Source: Octopus bimaculoides
Lineage: Eukaryota
Length of the DNA stretch: 43,675 nucleotides
Direction of reading: 5' to 3'
Assembly: GCF_001194135.2 (NCBI RefSeq)
Contig: NC_069006.1
Coordinates: 12,593,764-12,637,438, forward strand
A model generated the notes under the pieces. It saw only the letters and a program-made list of their open reading frames with translations, was not told where the DNA came from and did no database searches. This document shows, piece by piece, positions 1 to 11,231 of the stretch (positions within the stretch are counted from its first letter, which is position 1; each line of letters opens with the position of its first letter). A program made the translations under genes and the position numbers.

Positions 1-458
1 GCCCTGCCATCACATATTTCTTCTAACACCTTGGTTTAGCATTCACACAGAACCTCCTCTCCCTCCTCCCCTCAGTCTCTTCTACTACTCTGACTTAGTG
101 GTTTGACTAAACAAGATCAATAAAATAAGTACCAGAATGCAACTTGTGCTGGCGATCAATATAATTGACCTGCATCCCCTCCAACCCTTTGTTGAAGTTG
201 ATACTCCAGCATGACCTGCACTCTGAATGAAACTGTTAAAAAAATGAAATAGTGTTTTTGGATATGTATAGATGTGTGTGTGTGTGTGTGTGTGTGTTAT
301 CCCAGAGACTTATTCTATTGTTCTGTGGCTCTTATTTTAAATCCTGTTATCAATAATCTGATTAAGAATACTCTTTAACCAGTGACCTACATCGGTTGCT
401 TTATATTATTTCTCATTTTTCTCCTTTCTCTCCCTGCACTCCCCCTCTTTTTTCTTCT

Positions 459-700
459 ACTCTCCCCACTCTTTTTGTCTCCCTTTCCCCACTCTTTTTG
501 TCTCCCTCTCCCCACTCTTTTTGTCTCCCTCTCCCCACTCTTTTTGTCTCCGTCTCCCCATTCCTTTTGTCTCCCTCTCCCCACTCTTTTTGTCTCCCTC
601 TCCCCATTCCTTTTGTCTCCCTCCCCACTCCTTTTGTCTCCCTCTCCCCATTCCTTTTGTCCCCTTCTCCCCATTCCTTTTGTCCCCTTCTCTCCACTTC
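459..700. repeat. 23-bp pyrimidine-rich minisatellite (CTCTCCCCACTCTTTTTGTCTCC), about 10 copies
   Basis: The unit is directly visible and explains the overlapping low-complexity ORFs at 382-807. Confidence 0.9.
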
Positions 701-929
701 TCCCATTCTCCTGTCTCTCTTCACCCACTCTCCCTACCCCCTCTTCTCTCTCTTTAATCGGAAGCAGTAACATGGTATTAGAAACCCAATTTACAATTCC
801 ACTCTGAAACCCATTTCACAATACATTGGCTGCTAGCCTTGTCCACATCCTTCATCCTCTTTCTGTATCCATAAAGAGGGCAATCTACAACAGAAGAGAT
901 GATGTCCATTCAACATTGACCAGTTCATT

Positions 930-967
<38 letters not shown>

Positions 968-1230
968 TTAACATCTGTTGTCCATGCTGGCATGAGTTGG
1001 ACGGTTTAACCAGGGCTGGTAAGCCGGAAGGCTGCACCAGGCTCCAGTCTGATTTGGCATGGTTTTCTACAGCTGGATGCCCTTTCTAATGCCAACAACT
1101 CTGAGAGTGTAATGGGTGTTTTTACGTGCCACCAGCATGGGTGCCATTTGTGTGACACCAATATCTGCCATGAATGATTTCTCTTGGCTTGACTGGTCTT
1201 CTTCACAAGCACAACATAATGCCAAAGAAT
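930..1230 (-). mobile_element. RTE-tailed SINE/short retroposon, older copy
   Basis: (CAT)n tail, then TTTAACATCTGTTGTCCATGCTGGCATGAGTTGGA...CTGGATGCCCTTTCTAATGCCAAC, matching the family at 19047, 35775 and 43525. Confidence 0.85.
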
Positions 1231-1634
1231 TTCCTGAGCATCTGTCCCTTACTTAACCCTGTACCATTCAGATTACTCTGTCAAATGTAAGGCATAGTTA
1301 TTCACGTTTTTTTAATTTTTATTAATCATGCATTATCTCAAAATTTCAAGATTTCAATGATGTGATTGTTTATTTTTAGAATGACATTGTAGGGTAGGTG
1401 TGAGATGCTGGATCTGGCTGGTTTGAACATNNNNNNNNNNNNNNNNNNNNNNNNNNNNNNNNNNNNNNNNNNNNNNNNNNNNNNNNNNNNNNNNNNNNNN
1501 NNNNNNNNNNNNNNNNNNNNNNNNNNNNNNNNNNNNNNNNNNNNNNNNNNNNNNNNNNNNNNNNNNNNNNNNNNNNNNNNNNNNNNNNNNNNNNNNNNNN
1601 NNNNNNNNNNNNNNNNNNNNNNNNNNNNNNNNNN

Positions 1635-1946
1635 ATTAACGTGCAAGTGGCTGAGCACTCCACAGACACGTGTACCCTTAACGTAGTTCTCGGGGATATT
1701 CAGCATGACACAGTGTGACAAGGCTGACCCTTTGAATTACAGGCACAACAGAAACAGGAAGTAAGAGTGAGAGAAAGTTGTGGTGAAAGAGTACAGCAGG
1801 GTTCGCCACCATCCCCTGCCGGAGCCTCGTGGAGCTTTAAGTGTTTTCGCTCAATAAACACTCACAACGCCTGGTCTGGGAATCGAAACCGGGATCCTAT
1901 GACCGCGAGTCTGCTACCCTAACCACTGGGCCATTGCGCCTCCACC
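1635..1946 (-). mobile_element. tRNA-derived SINE (3' end lost in the gap)
   Basis: Minus strand GGTGGAGGCGCAATGGCCCAGTGG (A box) ... GGTTTCGATTCCC (B box-like), followed by a non-tRNA body. Confidence 0.85.
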
Positions 1947-1956
1947 TAAGTTTGGG

Positions 1957-2076
1957 ATGCTTACAGCACCTAGGTTTCCCAAGCGGTCACCCATCTAAGT
2001 ACTCACTAGGCTCGATGTTGCTTAACTTCGGTGATCAGACGAGAACCAGTGCTCTCAGCGTGATATGGCCGTAATC
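1957..2076 (-). rRNA. 5S rRNA, full-length 120-nt copy (orphan gene, pseudogene or SINE head)
   Basis: The reverse complement reads GATTACGGCCATATCACGCTGAGAGCACTGGTTCTCGTCTGATCACCGAAGTTAAGCAACATCGAGCCTAGTGAGTACTTAGATGGGTGACCGCTTGGGAAACCTAGGTGCTGTAAGCAT. It is colinear with metazoan 5S and has recognisable box A (AGTTAAGC) and box C (TAGATGGGTGACC) regions. No oligo-T terminator follows. Confidence 0.95.
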
Positions 2077-2989
2077 ATAAAACAAGTATTTGGGTCTGAT
2101 ATGACTGGTTTAAATGCTAAAAGGTTAACCAACAAATAGCTTGGCCAATAATTCACTTACAGCATTGACCAACAAACTTGTCCAATAATTTGTAATATTC
2201 CACTTTGAGAATTTAAAAAATTCCAAGTTGGCACGAACATCCCTGACATGATAAATCAAGAAATATTTCATTTGAAACTGAATTCTTAATAATGAAAATA
2301 ATTGTTATCAATAACCCTGGGCAAAAAAGACAGTAGAAGTAACTGGAATTTTAATTAAAATTAAAAGCTTTTTCTGTTGCCCATCCTCTCTTGTTCCCAA
2401 GCAAAGAAATATTTTCCCATGGCCAGACTTGTTTATTGGAAACAAAATATACCACTTGCATCATCATGACACTTATTTACAAATGTCACACAATGTCAAG
2501 ACAAGGCATACACACACACACACACACACACACATTTATACACAATGGGTTTCTTTCCGTTTCTATCAGCCAACCCACTAACAGGCTTTGTTTTGCTTGG
2601 TGTTATAGAAAAACACACTTTCCCAAAATTGCCATACAATAGGGCTGAACCTAAAACAAGCTTCTTCACTGCACAACCATACCTGTACCTTTCTCTTTCT
2701 CTCTCTCTCACACACACACACCTTTTGTAATATACAAGATTCCATATACAAGATTGATTAAAGTTATTGTACTAAATTGTCCTAATTCTTGATTACTTTT
2801 TAAATGAATTAAAACCATTCATTTCATAAGGAATACAGTCACAGAAAGTTTCAAGTCTTTGTTGAACTCTATGCACCTGCCTGACAAAACAGTGGTGTGG
2901 ATGGTGAGGAGTAGGTGGAGGGTATATTGTGTGAAGATATATTGTCATTTCACAACAGGTGAAGATTAAGGGATTAAGGTTTACATATA

Positions 2990-3232
2990 GGCCAACATCG
3001 TGAGTGTATATGGCATCAGCTTAATAACAACGTTATTTAATTCCTCGTTATTTTTCTAAATTAATTGAAGCTGAGTTGGTGTATCTCAAGAGAAATATGG
3101 TAACAAAAGGGTTAAAGTGATCTAAGCCAAAAGTTTCTTTCAAAATTTCATAATTTTACTAAATACATCATTTTCAAAATCAAAACAAAGGAAGTGTGTT
3201 TCAAGAGAAATGTGGTAATAAAAGGGTTAAAA
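2990..3232 (-). mobile_element. Two partial piggyBac-type MITEs (family A)
   Basis: Both end in GAAAT(A/G)TGGTAA(C/T)AAAAGGG-TTAA, the reverse complement of the left end of 5528 and 5781. Confidence 0.7.
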
Positions 3233-3249
3233 TGACCCAAGTAAAAACC

Positions 3250-3552
3250 AACCGTCTTCTCTGCCCACTATTCCTGAGAGGGTTGTTGGAGTAGATTCCT
3301 CAGACACCTCCCCTATAAAATCCTTTCAGAAGCAACCAACATTACACTTTCTGGTTGGATCCCAAGATATAATCAACTGAGACTATGGCTATTAGCCAAC
3401 CCTCTTGTTCTTGATTTACATCTGTGTTTCTTGCTGGTTGTCTCTGCTTAAAGAATCCATCTTGTGATTCTTTCCTGTGACACTCTAATCACATGTCTGT
3501 ACTACTGGAACTTTGTCCTCTCAATGTGAAGTAGCAACAGCTCAACTTCAAA
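3250..3552 (-). mobile_element. RTE-clade LINE 3' fragment (Rex3/Expander-like), decayed
   Basis: One minus-strand frame reads EVELLLLHIERTKFQ*YRHVIRVSQERITRWIL*AETTSKKHRCKSRTRG...LGIQPE...CLRNLLQQPSQE*. This matches the RTE C-terminal pattern LLHIERSQLRWxGHxxRM...GxRPRGRPRTRW...LLPPRP, with 4 premature stops. Confidence 0.8.
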
Positions 3553-4469
3553 CGACTCTTCGTTATTTTCAAAATTAATGGAAACAAAGGTAGTATATTT
3601 CAAGAGAAATATGGGAACAAAAATGTTGGATATTCTTAAAGGCAATGATCAAACTTTGAATTAAGAATAATGACAAACATCAGAAAAGAGTTAAAAAGTT
3701 ACAAACATTGGTTTATACTGGGTGACATATCAGAAATGCAAATTGTAAGGTTCATGAATAAGAGAATATTTGAAATATATCTATTTATAGAAATTTAACA
3801 TAAAAGAAACTTGTTTTGGACATCATAATGGTTATTTCTTTTCTTTATGATGTAGAAATATGTCCCATTATGTCACACTGTAGAAGCCATCGTTCCATTT
3901 CTATTAACAAAATAAATGACCGTTAAATTTTTCATTTTACCCAGCACAATGTATAAACTAGAAAAAAAATTTAGCACAATACCATCACTTTACCCAGAAA
4001 CTTGTATTTTTATTTTCAATTCTCTACCTTGGTCCATTATGCTCTTGTGACCTGGTTCATGTTTCCAGTATGCAACGCATATAACTAAACTGTCTAGTTC
4101 ATTAATAATGTGTTTATAACATACCATTTTGTTACGGTCTATGTATGTAGCTATGGGGTGAAATCAGACATAATTTATTAAAACACTATTTATTTGCAAA
4201 GACAATTGAAGATAAACTGCGTTTATTTGTTCTTTAATTCTACATCTGTTTCTCCATGCTTGCATGGGTTGGATGAATGTTGTTTGAGGTATTGTTTTAC
4301 AGAGAGATGCCTGTCCTGGCACTAACCCTTACCTGTATTATAAGTAAAGGATCTTTTATTCCACATGACTTCAAAGACACAAAGCTCTCTAATTTGTTGA
4401 TGAGAAATTGCCTACAGCACTTTTGTACAAGCGGTTGCAGATGTAAACAAATGCATCCACTTGCATATA

Positions 4470-4608
4470 CATACGTGTGTGTGTGCAGATGGCATGTAAA
4501 AAACACCATTTTGAGCGTGGCTGTTGCCAGTACCGGTTCACCAGTCCTCAGTCAAATCGTCCAACCCATGCTAGCATGGAAAGCGGACGTTAAACGATAA
4601 TGATGATG
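4470..4608 (+). mobile_element. RTE-tailed SINE, 3' part
   Basis: Ends in GTCCAACCCATGCTAGCATGGAAAGCGGACGTTAAACGATAATGATGATGAT. Confidence 0.85.
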
Positions 4609-4629
4609 ATATATATATATAGATAAGCT

Positions 4630-5000
4630 AGGTGCAGACATGATTGTGTAGTAAGAAATTTGCTTCCCAACTACATGGTTCTGGGTTTAGTCCCACTACA
4701 TGGCACCTTGAGCAAGTGTCTTTACTGTAGTTTTGGGCCAAAAAAGCCTTGTGAGTAGATTTGATAAATGGAAACTGGAAGAAGCCCTTCATATGTGTCT
4801 GTGTTTGTTCCTCCCACCATCAATTAACGTTAAGTGTTGGTTTGTTTATGTCCCAGTAACTTAATAGTGCAGCAAAAGAAACTGACAGAAAAAGTACCAG
4901 GCTTAAAAAAAAGTAGATACTGGGGTCAGTTTGTTCAACTAAAATTCTTCAGGGTTGTACCCCAGCATGGCCACAGCCTAATGACTGAAACAAGTAAGAG
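4630..5000 (+). mobile_element. tRNA/CORE-type SINE (octopus OR-like), full length, diverged
   Basis: tRNA-like head, core-like GGCACCTTGAGCAAGTGTC, and tail CAGCATGGCCACAGCCTAATGACTGAAACAAGTAA. Confidence 0.8.
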
Positions 5001-5231
5001 ATATGTATATATGATTTTTTTTTACATCTCTATTATGTATTATTTACCATGGCTGGCTGTAATTGAAAAAGGCAAACATGCACTGAAAAATTCCATGATG
5101 GAATGAAAGTACGTGTCAGTATAAATGGTAAACTTTCTGAACATCTGCTGCAAGAGGAACTCATCATCTTTGCAAAAGAATGTAGGTCTCTAGAAGGACT
5201 GAAAAGTTACATCCATGCTGCTCATGGTTAA

Positions 5232-5452
5232 CCCTCTGGCATTTAGATTGCTCTGTCAAATGTAATGCTTACTTATTCAAATGTTTTGAATTGATCATAC
5301 ATTGCCTCATACCTCTGAGATTTCAATGATGTGATTGTTTATTTTTCTCAGATGACTTTGTAGGGCAGGTGTAATAGGCCAGATCTGGCTGGTTTGAACA
5401 TAAAACAGGTTGAATATTTGGGCCGGATATGGCTAGTTTAAATACTAAATGG
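5232..5452 (+). mobile_element. piggyBac-type MITE (family B)
   Basis: TTAA-CCCTCTGGCATT left end, TCAA at the right end; colinear with 36244-36464. Confidence 0.8.
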
Positions 5453-5527
5453 TCAAGAGAATCAACTGATGGCATTGCTTGAAATTGCGTTGCAGTGATC
5501 ATGTATGCATTACTGGGTTTTCTTTAA

Positions 5528-5749
5528 CCCTTTTGTTACCATATTTCTGCTGAGATGCTTTGTGTTTCTTTCAATTAATTTTAAATATAACAAAGAATTT
5601 AGTAAATTAACTTAGCTATCATTTACCTAGTGTTAGGAACATAAATTGTGACTAAGGTTTGATGGAAGATTTTAAATCAGAGCTTTTGTAAACAAGACAT
5701 TTGTACTACAGAACCAGAGATGGTTTCAGCTGGGTTGGTATCAAAAGGG
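5528..5749 (+). mobile_element. piggyBac-type MITE (family A), copy 1
   Basis: TTAA-CCCTTTTGTTACC ... GGTATCAAAAGGG inverted termini. Confidence 0.8.
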
Positions 5750-5780
5750 TTTGGAATTGTTTCTCTATCATATATTTTAA

Positions 5781-6000
5781 CCCTTTTGTTACTATATTTC
5801 TGTTGAGTTGCTTTGTGTTTCTTTCAATTACTTTAAATCTAACAAAGAATTTAGTAAAACAACTTAGTTATCATTCAGCTAGTGTTAGGAACATAAATTG
5901 TGACTAAGGTTTGGTGGAAGATTTTAATTCAAAACTTACGTAAACAAGACATTTGTACTCGGAGCCAGAGCTAGTTTCAGCTGGGTTGGTAACAAATGGG
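5781..6000 (+). mobile_element. piggyBac-type MITE (family A), copy 2
   Basis: TTAA at 5777-5780 and 6001-6004; termini CCCTTTTGTTAC / GTAACAAATGGG. Confidence 0.85.
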
Positions 6001-6014
6001 TTAAGTTTCTTTAT

Positions 6015-6150
6015 AAGAAATCCACTCACTAGACTTTGGTAAGCCAGGGACTATATGAGGAGGCACTTGCCCAAGAAGCTGTGCATTAAGACTGAACCTC
6101 AAACCATGTGGTTAGGAAGTGAACTTCTGAACCACATCACCATCTCTGCA
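6015..6150 (-). mobile_element. CORE-type SINE, head and core only
   Basis: Reverse complement of the head/core of 4630-5000. Confidence 0.7.
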
Positions 6151-6280
6151 CTTATGGAATGAAATCAGACTTAATCTCTTTCAGACACAGTATTTACGTA
6201 ATTTATATTGTTCATAAAACAATTGACTAATTAGTATTTTAAAAGAAATTGTGTTAAATATATATATATGTATTTTTTTA

Positions 6281-6474
6281 ATCTTTTACTCATTTGTCAC
6301 TGGGCTGCAGCCATGCTGGGGCACCACCTTGAAGGGTTTGATCGAGCAAACTGATTCCAATACTTATTAAAGTTTGGCACTTGTTCTATTGGTTGCCTTT
6401 GCCAAACTGCTAAGTTATGGGGATGTAAACAAACCAGCAGTGTGGGCAGGGACAAACACGAATATATGCACACT

Positions 6475-6511
<37 letters not shown>

Positions 6512-6667
6512 CTGACTTCCTCACAGTTTCCATCTAGCAAGTTCACTCACAAGGTATTGGTTGGTTTGGGGTTTCAGTAAAACACTTGCCCAGAATACTG
6601 TACCTTGACTGAACCCAAAACCACATACTGGCAAAGTGAGCCCCTTAACCACATGACCAAGCCTGCT
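6281..6667 (-). mobile_element. CORE-type SINE, full length, diverged
   Basis: Tail, internal (CA)n, core and head are all recognisable. Confidence 0.8.
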
Positions 6668-8484
6668 CCTATTAATGCTTTTATTTTTGTAATCCACATG
6701 TCATTGGGGTTGGCTGTTATACTCTTTTTGTTGGGATTTAGGGTTTGAGTCCAGCCATATGCTCCTTTCTCTATAAAAATAACAATTATAGTACAATACT
6801 AACATAGTCATAGCAGAATAATGTAATTGTCTTCAGTTTTGTTCCTTAGTTGTTTGTTTCATACATTATTCTTTCAACACATTTTTCCTAATTTTAATAA
6901 TATAGTCACAGTGGAAAGGCAAGGAGAAAGGAACTAGTTTTTCTTGTAGGCAATGTAGCTGTCATCACCAGAATATGTTGACTTCTTGACATAAAGACAA
7001 AAATAATAAGGTAGAAAAGGTGACAAGTTTATTGTTTTCAAAGGCTCCCTCTCTCTTTTTAGACTGCACTGTCACTTCTACTTATGTGGATTTACACCAT
7101 CTAAAAACTCCAATACTTCATAAAAAATACAATTTCAAAAGAAATTATGTATTTCATAGTTCTCTATAAACATCTAACAATCTTAAAGATTTTAAAAATA
7201 ACTAATTTCCACAAATGTGTACAAGAAGTATAGATAAGCTTTACCAACATACCTGTACCATAACAGAAGATAATGTTTTTGATTTTGTTCTATAGTCAAA
7301 ATTAAAACATTTGCTATGTAATTATGTTGTATACAATAGTATAAGCAGTATAAGATCAAACTAGCCATCTATGTATCATATTTAAAGCAGATACATTATG
7401 AAAGGCAAATTAAGTGCGCTATTTATCCAGAGGTAATATCCCTTGTGGACACAATAGTGGTGAGAATGCTAGATGCCTCATAGGACTTTGTTGGTAGCAT
7501 GTACCCACTGCCAGCTGTGGGTACATGCTACTAAAATCAATCACTGCTGATAGAGTAAAACAATGATTGAAAAACCACTGATTTTGCAATTAACCACTCG
7601 GCTGAATAAAAATCTGTTACAGGCAACAGAAGCAGTATTGGATTTAAATAGCCCAATGCAAATGCATTGGGAAAGGCAAATGAACTGCAGTATTTATCCA
7701 TGAATAATATTTATAAATGTGGCTATATTATTTGCTTTGTCAACCCTTTTTCAATAAGTTTCAATAATAACATTGAAAAGATCAGGGCTGAACCAGTTTC
7801 TTCTCATGAATTATATGTATCTACCTCTAGTGTATGATCACTTAATGTAACGACAAAAATAGCAACTCTTAAGATAGAAGACATGATAAGCATACAACAA
7901 TGGGTTCTCTCCTAGTACTGTATGTTCAGTACTGTATGTGTGAACTTTACGCCATCTCCAGAATCAAGCAGTCAAAAACATGCAGCTTCAATGTTTCTTT
8001 ATAAACTTCCAACAAATTCTGGTGTTCTTATACTTTGGGAATTTCCATATATACTGTGTGCAATGGAATTTTCATATGTACTGTGTGTAATAGAATTTAC
8101 CTGCGTACAGTTTATAGGAATTAACATTACTGTGTGTGATTGCATGCGGACTTATAAGTTAAATTTCATTACAGATATCCCATCCCTAACAGTTTTTATA
8201 CACTTGCAATCACCACCTCTGCTCTATAATAATCACTCCACCAGCTAGAAATTACAGTGAAATCCCCCCCACCACCAAGCCACACTTTGTCTTAAAAGAA
8301 GAAAGCATCAAATAATGTAGTCCTAGATGCACACTCTAAGACAGGATGGCCATGTTTGGAACATATTTGTTCATAAGTCTGTTGCATTTACACCAACATA
8401 TGATGACATATAACCTTGTCTGTCATATCTGGAAGCAAGGGCATTACTCAGAGTGGTGTAACTGTAGGAGTCAAGGGTGTTTTC

Positions 8485-8730
8485 ATTGTATGGTCAAGAC
8501 TGCTGTTGTGGCTGTGTGGTCAAGTGTTGTATTACAACTGAATGGTCAAAGGTGCTGTGTTGTGGGGTCAGGATTGCTGTATTGTATTACAGCGTTGTGG
8601 GATCAAGTTTGCTGTTGTGATCATGTGGTCAAGTGTTTTGTTGCTGTATGGCCAAAGGTGTCTTGGCTATGTGGTCAAGGTTGCTGTTTTGGCTGCATGG
8701 TCAAGGGTGTTGTGCTGTGGCTACAATCAC
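8485..8730. repeat. Degenerate minisatellite of roughly 25 bp with a TGGTCAAG core
   Basis: TG(T/A)GGTCAAG recurs about 9 times and explains the Cys/Val-rich ORF at 8346-8978. Confidence 0.7.
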
Positions 8731-8950
8731 CAGTTGCATTATTGACCACAAAGTCAGGAAGTCCAACATTTGCTCTAGCCACTGCAAATGACCTGTCGCC
8801 TTTTGATATCAGTTCTTGGTCTCAGTTATACTTTCACCCTTGTTGTTGTTTAGTCCTTGGTCAGTCCCGTTGCAGTATGCCTAGGATCAAAGGCATTAAA
8901 TTCAATGACCCTGGCACCTTTTTTGCCATCTTTTGTTTTTTCATCTATTC

Positions 8951-9206
8951 CAGTGGTTCTCAACAGCAATCCACTTGACCCTTGGAAGGTTCCATATAAG
9001 ATTTTGTTGTTAAAAATTATGTGCAATAAATTGATTACACTTTTACAATACTCAAAATATTAAAACAATTTTTTAATACAATTCCTAATATTTAATTATA
9101 AAAATATAATAATAGGATTTTTAAGAACTTCAAATGGTTATAAGGTCCACCCTAGTACAATATGAATCAAAGGGGTCTGTAGGAAAAAGTTGGTTGAGAA
9201 TCGCTG
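8951..9206 (+). mobile_element. hAT (Charlie-type) MITE
   Basis: TIRs CAGTGGTTCTCAAC / GTTGAGAATCGCTG. The flanking 8-mers ATCTATTC and TCCTAGAC both resemble the Charlie NTCTAGAN target but are diverged. Confidence 0.75.
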
Positions 9207-10180
9207 TCCTAGACAATGTATCTAGGGCTACACTATCAAATGGGTACTGTTATAATGGTAGTGAGGGCTATTTCTAGCAAGTGGGCTGACCACATAGAGG
9301 CTCCCTGTTTGACTGAACTATTTCACAGCTGAGTGGTTAGCAATATAGATAGGTATATAACCAGGTGTATGGCACAGGACCTACTTCTAGTAGTTTATGG
9401 CTGGGTGAGTTTACCTCAGTATGTTTTACATTTTATGGTTGAATTGTTTTCCTTGGTACCATTCACACATTTCACACTTGAGTGATTAGATAACAGCTAA
9501 ACCCTTTCTCTCTCATTAGTATTTAGATGAAGCCATGTTCAGTCAGCAAGTTCAAAGAAGTTTTCAAGCTGATGACGACGATGATGATGATGATGATGGT
9601 AAGAGGCTCCTGTTAAACCAATTAGCCCAGACTGGTTATCTGATACTTTAAAGTTTACATCACCATCATCAGCAGCACTCTCATCATCTTATGTTGACAT
9701 CATCCTCTCCTCCTCTTCCCTCCTCCTTATTGTCACCACCATCATGCTATCATCATCATCATCAGTGCCATTCTACCTCTTCCCTCTCAATTCCACCATT
9801 TCTTTCCCCACTACTTTACCCTTGCTCACTTCATTTTACCCCTGGTTTTTTCTGATCGATCAGACCTATATCTCAAAGCTGTTCCAAACAAAAGTATCCT
9901 GTTTTGGGTTTTTTTAAAAAACATTTTCTTTACTTATCGAAGGGTTATATTATACAATATGTTCTCCCTTTTCTTAACAGTGCAGTATGATGTGAGAGAT
10001 GTGGCTCCTATTTCTTGCAGGTTGAGTAACCACTTACTGGATGCTTTGTTGCCTTGTCCTGGCTGTATGCGTGAGAGAGAGTGGTGGGGGACTATTTTTG
10101 AAGATTCTTGAAGATATGTATGAAAAAGAAAGAAAACAGGGGGAAAAGATTGTGCGTGAGAGAGATAAAACTGAATATAC

Positions 10181-10211
<31 letters not shown>

Positions 10212-11231
10212 CACACATATATATATATATATATATATATGAATGTGTGTGTGTGAGAGAGAAAACTGTGTGAAAGAAAAAAAACTATGTGCAAAATAAA
10301 GAAGAAGAAGGGGAAGATGTGAATTTGAGAGAAAAGTGTATCTGTATATGAAAGTGTGTGTGTGTGTATGAGAAAGAGATAAAACTGTAAGAAAGAAATT
10401 GTATGGTAAGGGAGAGGAAAACTGAGTGTGAAAGATTTTGTTTGTGTGTGAGTGAGAATGGAGCAGAAATCTGTAGATTACTGACGCTGTGATCTGGCAG
10501 GAAGTAAAACACTTTTTCGACGATGTTGGAGAGTTAAGGATTATGGTCTGTTAAGATGTTCGGGACAGAAAAGAATGAGGGGTGTGTGTGTGTGAGAGAG
10601 AGAGCAAGCAAGCAGGTGAGAATTAAAAGTAGCAAGATTATCTTTCAAAGATACCAATCTTCAAATGGTACCGCTAATATAGTGTGAAGAATTATGATTT
10701 GGCAATTATAGGAGGTCATAGTAAATAGTAATCTTAGTTGATGAAAAGTGAGAAACTAGAAATAAATTTAGATGGGGGGATAGGGAAACAAAACTTGAAA
10801 GCTCAAAGTAAATTAAAGATTTCATTAAAGATTGGTTAATGAAGACAGTTTGTGACTATGAGCTAACCAGTGCCTTGTGAATGAATTTGAAAGGTGGAAA
10901 CTGTGGGGAAGCCTCTCAATATATATGAAAAAATTACGAACGACGTTTCTGATATTCTTTTTTCCACTTTAATAATCAGATAATTACAAATCATCAGATC
11001 AGAGGTTTTTCACATGGGTAGTACTCCCACCAAGGAGGCGTTGGACAAGGGGGTATTAGGCTTTACGGGGCAGTGAGGTAACATAACATACTAAATTTTG
11101 CCTATAGTAGCAATTATATTATACCTAATAAAACTAGTAATGGTTGTTAAAAGAAAATGTGATTTCATCAGGTACAGGGAAGTCATTAACTTGAAATGTT
11201 TAAAGTAAATTTACAATTTTTGTCTTCACTA

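Larger units (their letters stand above)
1257..2124 (+). mobile_element. piggyBac-type MITE (family B), split by the 5S+SINE insertion
   Basis: TTAA at 1253-1256 and 2125-2128; termini CCCTGTACCATT / AATGCTAAAAGG. The halves 1257-1430 and 2077-2124 are colinear with intact copies at 5232-5452 and 36244-36464. Confidence 0.85.

Noticed and set aside
382-807. Long Pro/Leu/Ser-rich and Gly/Glu/Arg-rich ORFs
   Set aside because: They are translations of a 23-bp minisatellite that lacks stop codons.
3310-3325. TATAAAA as a promoter or LTR TATA box
   Set aside because: It lies inside the antisense strand of an RTE fragment.
8346-8978. 210-aa Cys/Val/Trp-rich ORF resembling a metallothionein- or keratin-like protein
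   Set aside because: It overlies a degenerate TG-rich minisatellite, with no domain pattern or splice support.
10474-10551. Protein-like frame ITDAVIWQEVKHFFDDVGELRIM
   Set aside because: There is no polypyrimidine tract, the donor is weak, the peptide is unrecognised and no partner exon was found.
10940-11000. Minus-strand CTGATGA ... GAAACGTC resembling a hammerhead
   Set aside because: No stem II closes next to the core, and there is no stem I pairing.
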